Of a stretch of DNA of 64,000 bases, positions 61,211-64,000 are shown one piece after another; the first letter of the stretch is position 1; each line of letters begins with the position of its first letter. A program made the translations under genes and the position numbers. Under the pieces are notes generated by a model that worked only from the letters and a program-made list of their open reading frames with translations, had not been told where the DNA came from and did no database searches. This DNA comes from the human T2T-CHM13v2.0 reference genome, Homo sapiens, in the NCBI RefSeq assembly GCF_009914755.1, contig NC_060926.1; one strand, 5' to 3'.

Positions 61211-61748
61211 AGGCAAATGACGTATTAGAAGGAGGAAGAGAGGCAGAGAGAGAGAAAGGGAGAGAGATGGGGAGAGAGAGAATGCAAAAATATGCTGGAA
61301 TAAAATTGCTAAATTACATACAAACTGGTTAATGTCCCACAGGGCAAAAAATCATAACCTTTGGGGTTATCATCTAAGCTGAACAGAAATAATTTTTATC
61401 TCTATGATAAAAAACTCATTTGCATCATATTTGTTTTCCACAAGTTACATCAAATCCTTTACAGGCTTAAAAATGTCTAGATGTTTAATAGTAGTAATGG
61501 TAAAAGTTACTTTCCACTAGAGGGTCAGATGATCCTTGGATGGGCTAAAAGCAATGTTTTAATAAGGGATTGGATGGACACAAGTCATCTTTTTGCGTTA
61601 TTTCCAAGTTTTGGGAAAAAAGGTTTTGGACAATTTTTTTTTTTTTTTTTTTTTTATCACAAGAATTAACTGTAAGTCGATGTTATCTGCCATGACATAG
61701 CTGGCCACTCTGGGCCTACATTTGCTCATTTAATGAAAAGACAAAACT

Positions 61749-61938
61749 AGACTAGTGGTTTTTAATTGTGATTATATGTTAGAATCACTCAGGGGAGCTT
61801 TTCGAAAATACAAAAGAAAGGGTCTTTTACCAGACCAACTAAATCAGACACTTTGAGGGGGAAGTCTGGGCATCACCAAGTTTTTCAAAAGTCCCCTATT
61901 ACCCTAATGTGCAGCCAGGGTTGAAAACCACTGGTCTA
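61749..61938. mobile_element. MER5A-like DNA transposon
   Basis: tagtggtttt...ttagaatcac...ctaatgtgcagccagggttgaaaaccactg. Confidence 0.8.
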
Positions 61939-63319
61939 GACTGAGTTGCTCAGACCCCTTTCAGTAACAATGCACTGTGATTCTATAGCTTGAAGCACAG
62001 GCAAATCATTTTTGCGCTGAAGAAAGTTGACATAAATACAAGCTCTGCTGACCGCAGTGCATTCCCAGTGACTTGGAAATGATTCAGGGCTGCCAGCATT
62101 CATTCCATGGTGTGGAAGCAGTGGGAAGAGCCAGGGGTGGGAGCGCTGAATGACCGGCCTTTGTGTTCCAATTAGATACAGTCAGCTTGAGTTGTTAGAG
62201 AGAGATAGGAATGTCTGCAGCCAATTCTTTAAAAAAAAAAAAAAAAAAGATATATCAAAATTCATTTTGTGCCCCTGGCTCTCTGTTGCTAACCTCATTC
62301 CCACTTCCGGAGCAGGTGCTCTTTCATCTTTCACACAGTTATTGGAGATGGCATTTCTGATTTAAGACTGTGCATTAGTAAATTAAGGCCATGACCAGTA
62401 ACATGCACAAAAATAGCGCAACAAGTATAAGCCTTTAAAATAATGTTAAATAATGAAATTCTATTCCTTCATGCTTGTTATCACTGAAATCCATTTTTTG
62501 TAGCTTTTAAAAAAATTACAAATCATTAAAAGCAAGGGCTTTTGAAATGCTTCACCCTACAACTATGCTTATAAGAAACACATGGGATATGTTACTAACT
62601 GAGCAAGCCGGAAATTAAAAGAAAAATTGTTTAACTTGATAACTTTTTTTAAAAAATCATAAATAATGTTGAATTTTTTCAAGTGGCTTTTGGGCATCTT
62701 TCTTGATTATTGTTCAACTTCTTTCCTTTGATCTGTTAACATAGTGAATGTTAATAGATATCTAAATATTAAGCTATCTTTTGACTTCTGGGATCAATAC
62801 TATTTGTTAATGATAGGGTATTCTTTCAATATTCTATTTGATTTCATTTATTTCCCTTCTGATACTTTTGAGGATAATCTTCTTTTGTATATAGCAAGTT
62901 GGGTAGGGACGGTGTTAGTTTCATAATCATTTGATAGATTAGAAAACTGAAACACAGAGATAGTAAATGACTTATTATCCAAGAACAAATGGCAAACAAG
63001 TATTTGATTTCTGGCCCAGGGATTTTTGGTCTGTTCTCCACCAGGAAATTAGTGTTTCATCAAGCAAATATGCCATCCACCAAGTATTTCAGATAACCTC
63101 ACAATATTTCACATAACCTAAGAGTAGTGTCTTCTAGTTTAGCTACATCATTAATGCCATTTAAAATCCTAATTCCTAATGCTCTCCTTTTTTTATTCTC
63201 CACAGTGACAGTTGTCATAACTATATCTAACGATTGTGGGACTTGGAGAAAAATGCAGAGTGGAAGCAGGAGGAGGTGAGAATAAGGAGGCCAGAAGGAT
63301 GGCTGAGTCATTAGCTGAG

Positions 63320-63560
63320 CTCTCCAACCTCCTCCTGTACTATTCTCCCCTTTACTCACTAACTCTAGCCACACTGGCCTTCCTTTTGTTCTCCGAACTT
63401 TCCAAGTCCATTCACGGCTTAGGGCCTTTGCCTTTGCTGTGCCTTCTGTTTAAAATGGTCTGCCCTAGACTTATGCATGGCTGGCTCTTTCCTTTAGTCA
63501 GGCCTCAGCTTACATACTACCTCCTCAGAGAGGCCTTCCCTGACCTTCCATCTAATTAGC
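63320..63560. mobile_element. L2 fragment
   Basis: ctctagccacactggccttc...agggcctttgc...cctcctcagagaggccttccctgacc. Confidence 0.8.
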
Positions 63561-63574
63561 AGATACCCACTATA

Positions 63575-63815
63575 TAGGTTGCATATCCATAATTCGAAAG
63601 TCCCAAATCCAAAAAGTTCCAAAATCTGGAACTTTTTGAGTGCTGACATGATGCTCAAAGGAAATGCTCATTGGAGCATTTTGGATGTCTGATTTTTGGA
63701 TTAGGGATGCTCTGCATGGGTAAGTATAATGCGAATATCCCCAAATCTGAAAAAAAATATTGAATTCTGAAGTAATTCTGGTCTCAGGCATTTTAGATAC
63801 AGGATACCTATCCTG
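63575..63815. mobile_element. Tigger4a/MER46-like MITE with TA target
   Basis: aggttg...tttttgagtgctgacatgatgctcaaaggaaatgctcattggagcatttt...cctg, flanked by TA. Confidence 0.85.
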
Positions 63816-64000
63816 TATTAGCTTGCTAGGGCTGCCTAACAAAGTACCACAGACTGAGTGACTTAAACAACAGAAATTGATTATTTCACAGTTCTGGAGG
63901 CTGGAAGTCTGAGATCAAGGTGTCAGCAGGTTTGGTTCCTTCCAATGGCTATGAGGGAGACTCTGTCCCAGCGTCTCTCCCTACAGCTTGTTACATCATC
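63816..64000 (-). mobile_element. MaLR LTR (MLT1B/C-like), runs off the window
   Basis: tattag...agggctgcc...aacaaagtaccacagactg...aaacaacagaaatt...cacagttctggaggctggaagtctgagatcaaggtgtcagcagg. Confidence 0.88.

Overview
Repeat-dense primate genomic DNA, most likely human or great ape (AluY-like, L1PA2-like and LTR12C elements are present). It looks intergenic or deep-intronic, and I found no credible spliced protein-coding exon. Almost every ORF in the supplied track is an Alu-, L1- or LTR-derived artefact. Real content: a processed KRT18 pseudogene (-), a processed NPM1 pseudogene (-), a TSD-flanked U6 snRNA retrocopy with an unexplained 3' extension (+), a ~7 kb TSD-flanked L1MA-type element whose ORF2 endonuclease region is replaced by an Alu, two ERV9 solo LTRs (LTR12C-like and LTR12F-like, both -), about 35 Alus, MaLR/ERVL LTRs, DNA-transposon fossils, and a long CR1/L3 fossil broken up by nested insertions. 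I did not find a new self-contained biological system. The best leads are retrotransposition-mechanism oddities and a possible LTR12-driven transcript reading in sense through the pseudogenes. Repeat subfamily names come from my recollection of consensus sequences, not from a database run, and boundaries of old repeats are approximate.
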